In this document: positions 1 through 11,683 of the stretch, piece by piece | Layout: each line of letters opens with the position of its first letter | Numbering within the stretch: the first letter of the stretch is position 1 | NCBI GenBank assembly: GCA_965222615.1 | Contig: CBDCUI010000008.1 | Span: 800,001-864,000, forward strand | DNA from: Gammaproteobacteria bacterium | GTDB lineage: Bacteria > Pseudomonadota > Gammaproteobacteria > UBA4575 | Length of the DNA: 64,000 bases | Reading direction: 5' to 3' | Program-made: the position numbers and the translations under genes | The notes under the pieces: generated by a model | The model's database searches: none | What the model was told of the DNA's origin: nothing | What the model saw: only the letters and a program-made list of their open reading frames with translations

Positions 1-516
1 AATTGTGGTCCCATCAATTAAATTGTCTTGGTCAACAATGCCAACGCAAAAACCTGCTAGATCATATTCTCCTTCAGCATACATACCAGGCATTTCTGCC
101 GTTTCGCCACCGATCAAGGCTGCACCGGATTGCTTACAGCCTTCAGCAATCCCTTCGATTACTGCCTGAGCTTCAGCGAGGGAGAGTTTGCCGGTGGCAA
201 AATAGTCTAAGAAAAACAGGGGTTCGGCGCCTTGAACGATTACGTCGTTCACACACATTGCGACTAAGTCTATGCCGATAGTCGCGTGATAGTCCAATTG
301 CTGAGCAAGTCGTAATTTTGTGCCTACGCCATCCGTACCAGCAACCAGTATCGGTTGTTTATGGTTTTGCTGGGATAGGGCAAATAACCCGCCAAATCCA
401 CCAATATTGGAAAGGACCTCAGGACGATGAGTTGCGCGGATTGCTGGTTTGATTAGATCGACGAGTCGATTTCCAACATCGATATCGACACCCGCATTCT
501 TATAAGTAAGTCCCAT
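1..516 (-). CDS. purM: Phosphoribosylaminoimidazole (AIR) synthetase, 5' part; runs off the window
   Basis: Manual translation from ATG at 516: [13 protein letters not shown]...GTDGVGTK...DLVAMCVND...[10 protein letters not shown]...GGETAEMPG. Absent from the ORF track because it is truncated. Confidence 0.95.
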   Translation of the reverse strand, partial: MGLTYKNAGVDIDVGNRLVDLIKPAIRATHRPEVLSNIGGFGGLFALSQQNHKQPILVAGTDGVGTKLRLAQQLDYHATIGIDLVAMCVNDVIVQGAEPLFFLDYFATGKLSLAEAQAVIEGIAEGCKQSGAALIGGETAEMPGMYAEGEYDLAGFCVGIVDQDNLIDGTTI

Positions 517-719
517 AAATATGAGTTTATATTAGGTATTTTACGTAACTATATGAAATTAATGGATATAGAAAAATATTTTTTTGGTATATGTCCCGAA
601 TTGTTAGATATTTCATTGCTTCAAAATTCGGTTACTTATACCATCTAAGACCTAATAATAATAAGTATTTATAACGATATCTGTAGGCATTGTATGACAC
701 GGAGGTAGGAGTAGGTAAC

Positions 720-1280
720 ATGTCTTATTGGAGATTTATTCCTAATCTGATCACTACCGCGCGTTTTGCAGCGGTACCCCTATTGGTTTGGTGGCTATTC
801 GATGGCCAGTTTTACAATGCGCTTTTGCTATTTTTCCTCATGGGTGTTTCTGATGCGCTTGACGGCTATTTGGCAAAAGCTTTTGATTGGAAAACTACTC
901 TGGGTGCATATTTGGATCCTGCCGCTGACAAGGCCATGTTGATCTGTGCCTATGTTAGCTTGGGTGCGTTACAATTATTACCGCCTTGGCTCGTTTTCGT
1001 TGTAATTCTTCGAGATGTAGCGCTACTTTCTGGAGCACTTGCCTATAATCTATCTACTCGTCAGCTTGATATTCAGCCTACACTTATCAGTAAGGTTAAT
1101 ACGTTTGTTCAAATCATATTGGTTCTGGTTGTAATCTATACTCAATTTGGTGTACTACCGGCGTTATTGATCCAAGTACTTATAGGACTTACCGTTTTTA
1201 CTACCATTGCAAGTGGCTTAGATTATTTAATGGAAGAGCGATCTAGGCGTGCTGCCAGGCACTCTGGCAAACAAGCTTAG
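720..1280 (+). CDS. CDP-alcohol phosphatidyltransferase family protein
   Basis: PNLIT..R and SDALDGYLAK...LGAYLDPAADK motifs; hydrophobic; GGAGTAGG RBS before ATG 720. Confidence 0.9.
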   Translation: MSYWRFIPNLITTARFAAVPLLVWWLFDGQFYNALLLFFLMGVSDALDGYLAKAFDWKTTLGAYLDPAADKAMLICAYVSLGALQLLPPWLVFVVILRDVALLSGALAYNLSTRQLDIQPTLISKVNTFVQIILVLVVIYTQFGVLPALLIQVLIGLTVFTTIASGLDYLMEERSRRAARHSGKQA

Positions 1281-1316
1281 TAACTAAATAATAATTAAAT
1301 AGTAGCGAGTACCTGT

Positions 1317-2015
1317 CTGAGAGAATCTCAACAATATTCACTTGATGTTGCATTACGCCCATTTGCAACTTTTGAAACTTTTGTCAGTAATGAAGACAAC
1401 GAATTGGTAGCGTTGTTACAAGATTTGGCACGTCCTAAGAATGAACCTCGGCAATTGTTTATCTGGGGCGCAAGCCAAACAGGTAAATCCCATTTGCTTC
1501 AAGCTGTTTGTAATCTAATCGCAAATACAAAGCAGAAGGCTTTTTATGTTTCACTAAAAGAGTTAGTGGATGCTAATACCAGTATATTCACTGATCTTCA
1601 TCAACTAGATGTAGTTTGTGTCGACGATTTAGAAATGGTATTGGGTAAAAAAGATTGGGATCATGCCTTATTTCATCTTATCAATGAGCTTCGCATCAGA
1701 AATAAAAGTATTGTAATGGCTGCAGCATGCAATCCGGCTAAGTTAAATCTTTCATTGTCCGATTTGACTTCCAGGCTATTATGGGGCCCTGTGTATAAGT
1801 TAGATGATCTAAGCGATTTGCAAAAAGAAACTGCGCTACAACTACATGCAAATGCACGAGGTTTTGAAATTCCGACTGAAGTGTGTGGGTATCTACTCAA
1901 GCGTTATCCACGCGAATTGGCCAAACTGGTCGATATACTTGCGCAGTTAGATGAGCAATCGCTGATGCAAAAACGTAAGGTTACTATTCCATTCTTAAAA
2001 TCTATATTAGGTTAG
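1317..2015 (+). CDS. hda: DnaA regulatory inactivator Hda (probable CTG start)
   Basis: WGASQTGKSHLL, VCVDD, LFHLINE, SDLTSRL and VTIPF motifs; next to purM. The frame is open 29 codons upstream of the tracked TTG and contains the clamp-binding-like QYSLDV. Confidence 0.9.
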   Translation: MRESQQYSLDVALRPFATFETFVSNEDNELVALLQDLARPKNEPRQLFIWGASQTGKSHLLQAVCNLIANTKQKAFYVSLKELVDANTSIFTDLHQLDVVCVDDLEMVLGKKDWDHALFHLINELRIRNKSIVMAAACNPAKLNLSLSDLTSRLLWGPVYKLDDLSDLQKETALQLHANARGFEIPTEVCGYLLKRYPRELAKLVDILAQLDEQSLMQKRKVTIPFLKSILG

Positions 2016-2161
2016 GGAAGCTCAGATTTATTCTGATATGTCCCAAGAAAGATAAATTAGTAATGATTTCTCAAAATACTCATGTATGCCTCTATACACT
2101 CCGTTTTTTCGAAATCATTTTGCCTAATCTCAGCCATTTCATTAACAAATCAGAGCTTCCC
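2015..2161. mobile_element. MITE-like palindromic element, family A, copy 1
   Basis: Terminal inverted repeats GGGAAGCTC.GATTT.TT / AA.AAATCAGAGCTTCCC; interior nearly identical to 33308-33440. Confidence 0.85.
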
Positions 2162-2314
2162 CAGAGTCTATCTCAAAATGCATTTAGCCCTCTGATACAG
2201 TATTGCAAAACTTTCTTAACTGTAAAGCGTAGTAAAAAAGCTACTTGTAAACTGGGTTTTTCGAAAGTTCTACGTCTTGTCTGTGTAGTCAATCTACTTT
2301 TTTGAGATAGGTTT

Positions 2315-3254
<940 letters not shown>

Positions 3255-3344
3255 TTTTACTTTTTCTCCATCGTATTTGCGATTATATTTACGCGCTATT
3301 ATATTTCATCATAGACTTTTTATCAGTGGTTGATATTTTTTTGT

Positions 3345-3629
3345 ATGAATAACATTGCAGACTCTAAATGTATCCGCTGTATTATTGTGGGCAAAGTGCA
3401 GGGGGTGTTTTTTAGGGCCTCAACACAAAAACAAGCACAGCAGCTTGGTATTGTTGGCTATGCAAAAAATCTTTCTGATGGTTCGGTTGAGGTAATGGCT
3501 TGTGGCCTTGATAAGGATCTAGAAAAATTAAAACAATGGTTACACATTGGTCCGCGTAGTGCTCAGGTAATTAATGTCGAATGTGAACCAGCTGAATTAC
3601 AAGGTTTTATGGATTTTCGAACTTACTAG
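3345..3629 (+). CDS. acyP: Acylphosphatase
   Basis: GKVQGVFFR, GYAKNLSDGSVEV. Confidence 0.92.
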   Translation: MNNIADSKCIRCIIVGKVQGVFFRASTQKQAQQLGIVGYAKNLSDGSVEVMACGLDKDLEKLKQWLHIGPRSAQVINVECEPAELQGFMDFRTY

Positions 3630-3631
3630 TT

Positions 3632-3976
3632 ATGCCAATTTACGAGTATGAATGTGAAGCATGTGGTTATCGGCATGAGGCCTTGCAAAAGGTTAATGAT
3701 CCTCAGCTAACCGATTGCCCAAAATGTGAAAAGTCTACCCTAAAGAAATTGATTTCTGCTGCTGGTTTTAGACTGAGTGGTTCTGGTTGGTATGAGACCG
3801 ATTTTAAGTCTGATAATAAAAGAAATTTGGCCTCTAGCGACTCACAGAAAAAAGCTGATTCAAAAGAAGGTTCTAAAGATGCTAAAAAAGCTGACAAGAA
3901 AGATAACAGCAAAAAAAGTAAAACTGAAAAAAAGGCGTCTGGATCCAGTTCTAAGTCTGATACTAAGAATAAATGA
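3632..3976 (+). CDS. FmdB-family zinc-ribbon protein
   Basis: MPIYEYECEACG...CPKC...GSGWYETDF with a Lys/Ser-rich tail; usual position upstream of aspS. Confidence 0.9.
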   Translation: MPIYEYECEACGYRHEALQKVNDPQLTDCPKCEKSTLKKLISAAGFRLSGSGWYETDFKSDNKRNLASSDSQKKADSKEGSKDAKKADKKDNSKKSKTEKKASGSSSKSDTKNK

Positions 3977-4093
3977 CACCTTGAAAATAACCTGATTAAG
4001 ACGTTCTATTGCATGCTAACTAAGCAGAACGTACTATGCGCCGCTAAATCATTTATACATTCATAATACCTCCAAGATATAAAAAGGTCAGGC

Positions 4094-5872
4094 GTGCGAA
4101 CTCATTATTGTGGCCAGGTCACCGAAAAGTTGATCGATCAAGAAATCTGTGTGTGTGGGTGGGTAAACCGCAGGCGAGACCATGGTGGGGTAATTTTTGT
4201 TGATTTACGTGACCGAGATGGAATTTTACAAGTCGTGTTTGATCCGGATACCCCCGAGATTTTTCAAGTAGCTGAACACATTCGCAATGAATACGTATTG
4301 CAAGTAAAAGGTCGTGTTCGTGAGCGTCCGCAAGGCACGATTAATCCTGATTTGCCCACCGGACAAGTAGAAGTGCTGGCACTGTCACTTAAAGTGCTTA
4401 ATGAATCGGACACTCCGCCGTTTCAACTCGATGATGAAGACGTGCATGAAGAGAACCGTCTGCGTTACCGCTATGTGGATTTGCGCCGACCCTTTATGCA
4501 GCAACGTATCCGCACAAAAGCACATGTAGCCCAGGTGTTGCGAAATTATTTAGATGCTCATGGGTTTTTGGATATAGAAACCCCAATTCTAACCAAGGCT
4601 ACGCCTGAAGGTGCTCGAGACTATTTAGTCCCGAGTCGTACCCAACCCGGTTCATTTTTTGCCTTACCCCAATCACCGCAGTTATTTAAACAACTGTTAA
4701 TGATTAGTGGATTTGACCGTTACTATCAAATTGTGCGTTGTTTTCGAGACGAAGACTTGCGTGCAGATCGACAGCCGGAATTCACGCAATTAGATATCGA
4801 AACTTCTTTTATGGATGCAGATGAAATCATGTCGGTTATGGAAGACATGCTACGTAATCTTTTTAAAACCATCTGTAACGAAAAGTTAGAGAAGCCATTT
4901 CCGAGAATGACTTATGCCGATGCCATGTATCGTTATGGTAGTGACAAACCGGATCTTCGAATTGACCTTGAGTTTATTGATATTACAGAATTAATGAAAA
5001 ACGTTGAGTTCAAAGTTTTTAATGGTCCCGCAAATGATGCTGCTAGTCGTGTAGCGATGTTGAAAGTGCCACAAGGAGCATCTTTGACACGCAAAGAAAT
5101 TGATGATTACACAGAATTTGTTAGTCAATATGGTGCAAAAGGGTTGGCATATATTAAATGTAATGATGTTTCGAATTTAACAGGTGGCTTGCAATCTCCA
5201 ATCTTAAAATTTTTACCTGAAGATATCGTTAAACAAATTATTACTACGTCTGATGCAGAAAATGGTGATTTGTTGTTTTTCGGTGCGGATAAAAAGGCAG
5301 TTGTTAACGCAGCTTTGGGAGCATTACGTGTCAAGATTGGCCATGATTTGAATTTAGTGCAAACAGGCTGGCGCCCGCTTTGGATTGTAGAGTTCCCGAT
5401 GTTTGAATGGGACGATGACATAAAGCGCTGGTCGGCCTTACATCATCCATTTACTTCACCTACTTGTGATGCAGAAGAGCTTAAGCAAAAGCCTGGGGAA
5501 GCACTGTCAAAAGCTTATGACATCGTCTTAAATGGTGTAGAAATTGGTGGCGGATCGGTGCGTATTCATAAACAGGATATGCAGGCTGCCGTATTTGAAG
5601 TGTTGCAAATTAGCCAACAAGAAGCACAGGAAAAATTTGGCTTTTTATTACAAGCGCTGCGTTTTGGAGCGCCTCCACATGGTGGTATCGCATTTGGTCT
5701 CGATCGTTTGGTTATGTTGATGACAAACAGTCAATCTATTCGTGATGTAATTCCATTTCCAAAAACACAAAACGCCACATGTTTACTAACGGATGCACCT
5801 ACTCCAGTGAATGAGCGACAGCTGAAAGAATTACATATACGGCTGCGTAGTACAAAGGCTAAGTCAACATAG
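4094..5872 (+). CDS. aspS: Aspartate--tRNA ligase (probably non-discriminating)
   Basis: [47 protein letters not shown]. Confidence 0.97.
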   Translation: MRTHYCGQVTEKLIDQEICVCGWVNRRRDHGGVIFVDLRDRDGILQVVFDPDTPEIFQVAEHIRNEYVLQVKGRVRERPQGTINPDLPTGQVEVLALSLKVLNESDTPPFQLDDEDVHEENRLRYRYVDLRRPFMQQRIRTKAHVAQVLRNYLDAHGFLDIETPILTKATPEGARDYLVPSRTQPGSFFALPQSPQLFKQLLMISGFDRYYQIVRCFRDEDLRADRQPEFTQLDIETSFMDADEIMSVMEDMLRNLFKTICNEKLEKPFPRMTYADAMYRYGSDKPDLRIDLEFIDITELMKNVEFKVFNGPANDAASRVAMLKVPQGASLTRKEIDDYTEFVSQYGAKGLAYIKCNDVSNLTGGLQSPILKFLPEDIVKQIITTSDAENGDLLFFGADKKAVVNAALGALRVKIGHDLNLVQTGWRPLWIVEFPMFEWDDDIKRWSALHHPFTSPTCDAEELKQKPGEALSKAYDIVLNGVEIGGGSVRIHKQDMQAAVFEVLQISQQEAQEKFGFLLQALRFGAPPHGGIAFGLDRLVMLMTNSQSIRDVIPFPKTQNATCLLTDAPTPVNERQLKELHIRLRSTKAKST

Positions 5873-5896
5873 GCATATAGTTGGTCAGGGGCTACA

Positions 5897-6739
5897 TCAA
5901 TAATTATTATCCCCCTCAACAAAATCACGAGCATCGTAGGCAGCAGGTTGTTGTTCTAAGCTAGGTGTAGGCCCCTTCAGAATTTGTCTGGCCTCGGCAG
6001 AATTTGGAAATTGTTGAGCCAACAGCACCTTGTACTGATTTGCCATTTGTCGATTTTGCATCGCTTCACCAATTTGGGCGCCTAATAAGAGGGTTTTAGG
6101 GGTATGGCGTGCAATTTTTTCATAGCTTTGCAAAAACTGTAATGCTTTTTCAAATTCATAATTACTATATTGGATTTTTGCAAGTTGATACAAAGGAACT
6201 GGGGACTTTGGGTTAATCTGTAAGGCCTTGCCAAAATAATTACTAGCTTTGACCGTATCCGGTATGCCTAGCACACAAAGACCGGCATTGGTATAGGCAA
6301 CATCAGGTTGCGTATTCTTAGAATTTTTTGCGGCTGCTAAATATATTTTTTCTGCTTCTAGTGGTTTGTCGTGTTTGCATAGAAAGCTCGCATAGTTGGT
6401 TTGTGCAGCAGAGTGATCCGGCTCTATAGATAATGCACGCTTATAATAGCGTTCCGCTAAATCTGGTTGATTGTTTTTATTGTATATTAGACCAGCTACC
6501 GTATAAGCATCTGCAGATTCGGGATTAAATTTTAGGGCTTTTGAAATCGAAGCAAGCGCAGCATCTAAACGCCCAGCATACATATATTGAATGCTTTGTT
6601 TAACATAGGCTTCATCTTGTTTTGGGGGTGTCTTCTTTGTCGATGTACTGGCACAAGAAGATAGAAGGAATATTGTTAATAGCAAGCAAAACCATGGCCA
6701 CAAGCGATTAGCAATTGATATTCGTAATATTGAAATCAT
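5897..6739 (-). CDS. Type IV pilus biogenesis/stability TPR lipoprotein (PilW/PilF-like)
   Basis: Lipobox LLSSC; TPRs; NYASFLC and YTNAGLC motifs; C-terminal FPNSAEA. Confidence 0.8.
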   Translation of the reverse strand: MISILRISIANRLWPWFCLLLTIFLLSSCASTSTKKTPPKQDEAYVKQSIQYMYAGRLDAALASISKALKFNPESADAYTVAGLIYNKNNQPDLAERYYKRALSIEPDHSAAQTNYASFLCKHDKPLEAEKIYLAAAKNSKNTQPDVAYTNAGLCVLGIPDTVKASNYFGKALQINPKSPVPLYQLAKIQYSNYEFEKALQFLQSYEKIARHTPKTLLLGAQIGEAMQNRQMANQYKVLLAQQFPNSAEARQILKGPTPSLEQQPAAYDARDFVEGDNNY

Positions 6740-6794
6740 GACTTAAAATAACTTTAGTATTTGAGTATAAGTACCATTAAATAGCTCTTATATA

Positions 6795-7241
6795 TTGCTG
6801 AAAATTAAAACAGTGCAACATAAACGACCTGAATCAGTATTAGTAATAGTATACACGCTAGTCGGTGAGGTCCTGATGTTGCGTCGTAAGTATCCAGATG
6901 ACTTTTGGCAGTCGGTCACGGGTAGTCTAGAATGGGATGAAGTGCCGTTAGAAGCTGCTATTCGAGAGCTGCAAGAAGAGACTGGTTTGGTGGGTCAAGA
7001 TATTCAGGATTGCCACTATTCACAAAAATTTGAGATCTATCCGATCTGGCGTGAACGCTATGCCCCCGGAGTCACGCACAACCAAGAGCATGTGTTTTGT
7101 GTAGCCTTACCGGAAACGGTCGAAATCCAGTTAGATCCTAGAGAACATAGTGAGTATCTGTGGTTGCCACGTGAGCAAGCTATTGATCTCGCTTTTTCTC
7201 ATACCAATCAAGAAGCTATTTCACGTTGGGTACCTCAATAG
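6795..7241 (+). CDS. nudB: Dihydroneopterin triphosphate diphosphatase NudB
   Basis: KRPESVLV, FWQSVTGS, Nudix box AAIRELQEETG; start codon uncertain. Confidence 0.9.
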   Translation: MLKIKTVQHKRPESVLVIVYTLVGEVLMLRRKYPDDFWQSVTGSLEWDEVPLEAAIRELQEETGLVGQDIQDCHYSQKFEIYPIWRERYAPGVTHNQEHVFCVALPETVEIQLDPREHSEYLWLPREQAIDLAFSHTNQEAISRWVPQ

Positions 7242-7263
7242 CTATTACTGCGAGCTTTGTTTA

Positions 7264-7887
7264 ATGCGCGAAATTGTTGTTTGTACTCACGGGATATGGA
7301 TGAATAGCTGGGTGATGAAGCCCCTGTCTCACTATTTAACTGCTCATGGACACGTATGTAAGCAGTTTTCCTACCATAGTATAAGGCAAACGCCAAAACA
7401 AAATGCACTGCGCTTAGGGCAATTTGTAGCACGACTCGATGCCGATATTATTCATTTTGTTGGCCACAGCTTGGGTGGGATCATATTGTTGCATTATTTT
7501 CACCATTTCGATGATGCGAAACCGGGTAGAGTGGTTATGTTGGGCACACCCTTGGCAGGTAGTGGGGTTGCACGCTATATGTCGAGAAATAAGTTAATAA
7601 AAAATAGCATGTTAGGGGCAAGTGCTAATACTTTACTTGGAGGTGTGCCAGCTTGGAAGGGAACGCGTCCACTTGCGGTTTTTGCGGGTACTCGGGGTCA
7701 AGGTATCGGTAAGATGCTGGGGGCATCATTGGAGAAACCTAATGATGGCACGGTTGCGGTGTCTGAGACGATGATTGACAACTGTACCTTGCATATCAAA
7801 GTTCCATATAGCCATACGGGGCTGTTATTGTCGAAATCCGTTGCGGCTTCTGTGGATGAGTTTTTACGAACCGGAGACGTCTCTTAG
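7264..7887 (+). CDS. Alpha/beta hydrolase (lipase/esterase-like)
   Basis: HGIWM, GHSLGG, GTPLAGS, NDGTV, HTGLL. Confidence 0.85.
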   Translation: MREIVVCTHGIWMNSWVMKPLSHYLTAHGHVCKQFSYHSIRQTPKQNALRLGQFVARLDADIIHFVGHSLGGIILLHYFHHFDDAKPGRVVMLGTPLAGSGVARYMSRNKLIKNSMLGASANTLLGGVPAWKGTRPLAVFAGTRGQGIGKMLGASLEKPNDGTVAVSETMIDNCTLHIKVPYSHTGLLLSKSVAASVDEFLRTGDVS

Positions 7888-7920
7888 ATATTCGATATAA
7901 GGAAGTGCTAAAATATATAG

Positions 7921-8078
7921 TTGTTGATCTACAGCATGCTTTATAAATAGCATGCTGGCGCGGTATGGATGTCGCGCTCGCAAATCAAACACTAAAGTGT
8001 TTGATTTGTCGTAGCCAAGCACGGGCATGCGCTGGGCTTGGCGAGTTGCAAAAGGACAGGATAGACCTTTTTCAACAA
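7921..8078. repeat. Multi-hairpin palindromic element upstream of yebC
   Basis: TTGTTGA...TCAACAA termini enclosing hairpins CAGCATGCT/AGCATGCTG, CAAATCAAACACT/AGTGTTTGATTTG, GCCAAGC/GCTTGGC and AAAAGG/CCTTTT. Confidence 0.6.
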
Positions 8079-8099
8079 ATTAATACTAGAGGAGATTCA

Positions 8100-8846
8100 A
8101 TGGCTGGTCACAGTAAATGGGCCAATATTCAACACCGCAAAAAAGCGCAGGATGCCAAGCGCGGGAAATTATTCACTAGACTGATTCGCGAAATAACGGT
8201 TGCCGCTCGCATGGGTGGTTCGGATCTTAATGCCAATTCACGTTTACGTTTAGCCGTGGACAAAGGCCTCTCGGCCAACATGCCCAAAGATACTGTGGAA
8301 CGTGCGATTAAACGCGGTGCCGGAGAACTGGATGGTGAAAACTATGAAGAAGTACGCTATGAGGGATATGGTCCAGGTGGTGCCGCAATCCTGGTAGATT
8401 GTATGACCGATAATCGTAATCGCACCGTAGCTGAGATCCGTCATGCCTTTACTAAGTTTAATGGTAACTTGGGTACATCGGGCTCAGTCGCCTATATGTT
8501 TTCCAATGTAGGGGTAATTCAGTTTCCTTCAGGTACAGATGAAGATTCAGTAATGGAAGCTGCACTTGAATCAGGCGCTGAAGACATTATCACCCATGAA
8601 GATGGCAGTATCGAGGTATTAACTTCGTTGGAAACCTTTATATCGGTCAAAGAGGCATTGCAAACAGCGAATTTGTCTATTGAACATGCTGAAGTGACCA
8701 TGCGAGCCAGTACTACGTCAACCTTGTCTGAAAAAGAAGGTGAAAGCATGTTGAAATTACTGGATGCACTGGATGAGCTAGACGATGTGCAAAATGTTTA
8801 CTCGAACGCAGATATTCCTGATTCGGTATACGAAGCCGTGGCATAA
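8100..8846 (+). CDS. yebC: YebC/PmpR family protein
   Basis: [29 protein letters not shown]; GAGGAG RBS before ATG 8100. Confidence 0.96.
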   Translation: MAGHSKWANIQHRKKAQDAKRGKLFTRLIREITVAARMGGSDLNANSRLRLAVDKGLSANMPKDTVERAIKRGAGELDGENYEEVRYEGYGPGGAAILVDCMTDNRNRTVAEIRHAFTKFNGNLGTSGSVAYMFSNVGVIQFPSGTDEDSVMEAALESGAEDIITHEDGSIEVLTSLETFISVKEALQTANLSIEHAEVTMRASTTSTLSEKEGESMLKLLDALDELDDVQNVYSNADIPDSVYEAVA

Positions 8847-8854
8847 CTATTCCC

Positions 8855-9400
8855 ATGCAATATCGCACAAGTATTCAAAAGCAAAATTCTGTCCGTATTC
8901 TTGGAATTGATCCAGGCTTACAAATTACCGGTTTTGGCGTGATCGACAGTGATGGCCGAAGTAGTCGTTATGTACACAGTGGCAATATTCGTGCCGATGG
9001 CAAACAAGACATGCCGCATCGCTTAGGCCTCATTTTTCGCAAGTTGACCAGCGTGATAGAAGAACATAGGCCTGATGAGGTTGCTATAGAAGAAGTTTTT
9101 ATTTCCCGTAATGCAGCTTCGGCATTAAAACTTGGGCATGCGCGTGGTGCTGCAATCTGTGCTGCAGTGCAGTCACACATTCCGGTAAGCGAATATAGTG
9201 CACGTTCGGTGAAACAGGCAGTTGTTGGAAATGGCGCTGCAAATAAAGAACAGATACAGCATATGGTGTTACGTCTGTTGTCATTGCGTGGTGCATTACA
9301 AATAGATGAAGCAGATGCTTTGGCAGTGTGCTTATGTCATGCACATACTGCATTACTAATGGATAGCAAACGTAGCTTTATTAGCAAGAGTTACGCATGA
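8855..9400 (+). CDS. ruvC: Holliday junction resolvase RuvC
   Basis: ILGIDPG, AIEEVF, LGHARG, DEADALA. Confidence 0.96.
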   Translation: MQYRTSIQKQNSVRILGIDPGLQITGFGVIDSDGRSSRYVHSGNIRADGKQDMPHRLGLIFRKLTSVIEEHRPDEVAIEEVFISRNAASALKLGHARGAAICAAVQSHIPVSEYSARSVKQAVVGNGAANKEQIQHMVLRLLSLRGALQIDEADALAVCLCHAHTALLMDSKRSFISKSYA

Positions 9401-9996
9401 TTGGTCGTTTACAAGGCAAGATTATTGATAAACAACCTCCACATCTATTGTTAGATGTAAAGGGAGTAGGTTACGAATTGGAAGCTCCGATGTCTACGTT
9501 TTATGAATTACCCGATTGTGATGAAAGCGTGACGCTGTATACCCACTTATTAGTACGTGATGATGCACATACCTTATATGCATTTAAACACCCACAAGAT
9601 CGTAGCTTGTTTCGAAATTTACTAAAGGTAAATGGTGTAGGTGCAAAGATGGCATTAGCAATTTTGTCAGGTATGGATGTAACTGCCTTTACAGAGTGTA
9701 TCCATAGAGGAGACACAGATTCATTAATACGTTTACCGGGTGTGGGCCGAAAAACAGCAGAGCGACTCATAATCGACATGCGCGACCGTTTAGATAAAAC
9801 TTCGGTACCTGCAGCTTCTACTAATGGTTCGAATGGCCATGCTCGTAAACAAAACTCGGTTGAAGATGCAGTTTCTGCTTTGATCTCTTTGGGCTATAAA
9901 CCCAATGATGCAAGCCGCATGGTGAGTAATGTTGATACACAAGATCAATCTAGTGAAGACATTATTCGTCTAGCGTTGAAATCCAGTTTTTCCTAG
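9397..9996 (+). CDS. ruvA: Holliday junction branch migration protein RuvA
   Basis: MIGRLQG, GVGYE, HhH motifs GVGAKMA and PGVGRKTAER. Confidence 0.96.
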   Translation: MIGRLQGKIIDKQPPHLLLDVKGVGYELEAPMSTFYELPDCDESVTLYTHLLVRDDAHTLYAFKHPQDRSLFRNLLKVNGVGAKMALAILSGMDVTAFTECIHRGDTDSLIRLPGVGRKTAERLIIDMRDRLDKTSVPAASTNGSNGHARKQNSVEDAVSALISLGYKPNDASRMVSNVDTQDQSSEDIIRLALKSSFS

Positions 9997-10020
9997 GCGA
10001 TGTAAAATGAGGTGTAAATA

Positions 10021-11094
10021 ATGACCGTAGTAGAATCATCTCGTATAGTTGATACTAAAGCTGAAAAAGATGAGATAGTTGCTGAAAATGCAATTCGTCC
10101 TCGTAGTTTAAATGAATATATTGGACAAACTAAAGTATGCCAACAAATGGAGATTTTTATTTCCGCCGCAAAACAACGTCAAGAGGCGTTGGACCATGTA
10201 TTGATATTTGGACCGCCCGGCTTAGGTAAAACCACCTTATCAAATATTATCGCAAACGAATTACAGGTAAATTTACGCCATACCTCAGGTCCTGTTTTAG
10301 AACGTCCAGGCGATTTAGCCGCGATGCTGACGAATCTTGAATCGAATGACGTTTTGTTTGTAGATGAAATCCATAGGCTTAGTCCAGTTGTTGAAGAAGT
10401 TCTTTATCCTGCTATGGAAGATTTTCAGTTAGATATCGTGATTGGTGAAGGACCTGCGGCTAGATCGATAAAATTAGATTTACCTCCATTTACACTAGTG
10501 GGTGCAACTACACGTGCTGGATTGCTAACTTCGCCACTGCGTGATCGGTTTGGTATTGTGCAGCGTCTTGAATTTTATACTAAGGAAGAATTATCCGTGA
10601 TCGTACGACGATCTGCGAAAATTTTAAAAGTTGAAATAAATGATGATGGAGCAGAGCAGATTGCGCGCCGTTCAAGAGGTACACCAAGAATTGCAAACCG
10701 ATTATTAAGACGTGTGCGAGATTACGCTCAAGTAAAGTCTAATGGTGTTATTACAAGTGAGAATGCCATAAATGCTTTGGATATGTTGAGTGTTGACGAA
10801 AATGGTTTTGATAATATGGATCGAAGGTTGTTACTTGCAGTTATTGAAAAGTTTGAAGGGGGTCCGGTTGGTATCGATAGTTTGGCAGCTGCTATTGGCG
10901 AAGAACGAGGAACAATCGAAGACGTGATTGAGCCGTATTTAATTTTAAAGGGCTTTATGATGCGCACATCAAGAGGGCGGGTTGCAACAAGCAATGCCTA
11001 TCGTCATTTTGGTATCAAAGTTCCTCAGCATAATCTAGGCCAGTCACTGGAAACTGATCCAAACTCGGATTTATTTTCCAATACTACGCAATAA
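10021..11094 (+). CDS. ruvB: Holliday junction DNA helicase RuvB
   Basis: [27 protein letters not shown]. Confidence 0.97.
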   Translation: MTVVESSRIVDTKAEKDEIVAENAIRPRSLNEYIGQTKVCQQMEIFISAAKQRQEALDHVLIFGPPGLGKTTLSNIIANELQVNLRHTSGPVLERPGDLAAMLTNLESNDVLFVDEIHRLSPVVEEVLYPAMEDFQLDIVIGEGPAARSIKLDLPPFTLVGATTRAGLLTSPLRDRFGIVQRLEFYTKEELSVIVRRSAKILKVEINDDGAEQIARRSRGTPRIANRLLRRVRDYAQVKSNGVITSENAINALDMLSVDENGFDNMDRRLLLAVIEKFEGGPVGIDSLAAAIGEERGTIEDVIEPYLILKGFMMRTSRGRVATSNAYRHFGIKVPQHNLGQSLETDPNSDLFSNTTQ

Positions 11095-11104
11095 ACCTCT
11101 TTCA

Positions 11105-11250
11105 AGGGAGTTCTGATTTATTAATGAATATGGCTGAGATGAGGCAAAAATTTTTGAGAAAGCGGAGTTTACACGTTAGTAAATGAGCATTTTGAAAAAA
11201 TTTTTAACGACCAAAAAAATTAATTAAGGCAGAATAAATCAGGACTACGT
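11105..11250. mobile_element. MITE-like element, family A, copy 2 (opposite orientation, more diverged)
   Basis: GGGAGTTCTGATTTATTAATGAA.ATGGCTGAGATGAGGCAAAA...AGAATAAATCAG matches the reverse complement of copies 1 and 3. Confidence 0.8.
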
Positions 11251-11257
11251 TAAGTAA

Positions 11258-11683
11258 ATGAAGCCATTTGTTTGGAATGTGCGAGTATATTACGAAGATA
11301 CCGATGCTGGTGGCGTTGTGTATTATGCAAATTATCTAAAATTTATGGAACGCGCACGAACTGAGTGGTTACGTACTTTTGGACTCGAACAAGATGAATT
11401 GGCGCGTGATTTGAACATTCTGTTTGCGGTACGGTCTGTAAATATTGAATATAAACAACCTGCAAGATTTAATGACACTCTAACCGTTTCAGTTGAACCT
11501 TATGCACTCAAACCAGCAAGTGTTTCATTTAAACAAACCATCAACAAGCAAGACAAAGCGATGAAAATGTTTACTAATGCGGATGTAAATATAGTATGCC
11601 TATGCGCCGATGACTTTTCTCCACAGCCCATCCCCAAAAAATTATTCGCAAATATAGATAGGGAGATTAAACGTGCACGTTGA
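11258..11683 (+). CDS. ybgC: Tol-pal-associated acyl-CoA thioesterase
   Basis: RVYYEDTDAGGVVYYANYLKFMERARTE. Confidence 0.95.
   Translation: MKPFVWNVRVYYEDTDAGGVVYYANYLKFMERARTEWLRTFGLEQDELARDLNILFAVRSVNIEYKQPARFNDTLTVSVEPYALKPASVSFKQTINKQDKAMKMFTNADVNIVCLCADDFSPQPIPKKLFANIDREIKRAR

Noticed and set aside
2063-2305. 80-aa ORF
   Set aside because: Starts inside MITE copy 1 and has no protein motif.
7965-8099. N-terminal extension of yebC
   Set aside because: Runs through the palindromic element; the canonical MAGHSKW start with an RBS is at 8100.
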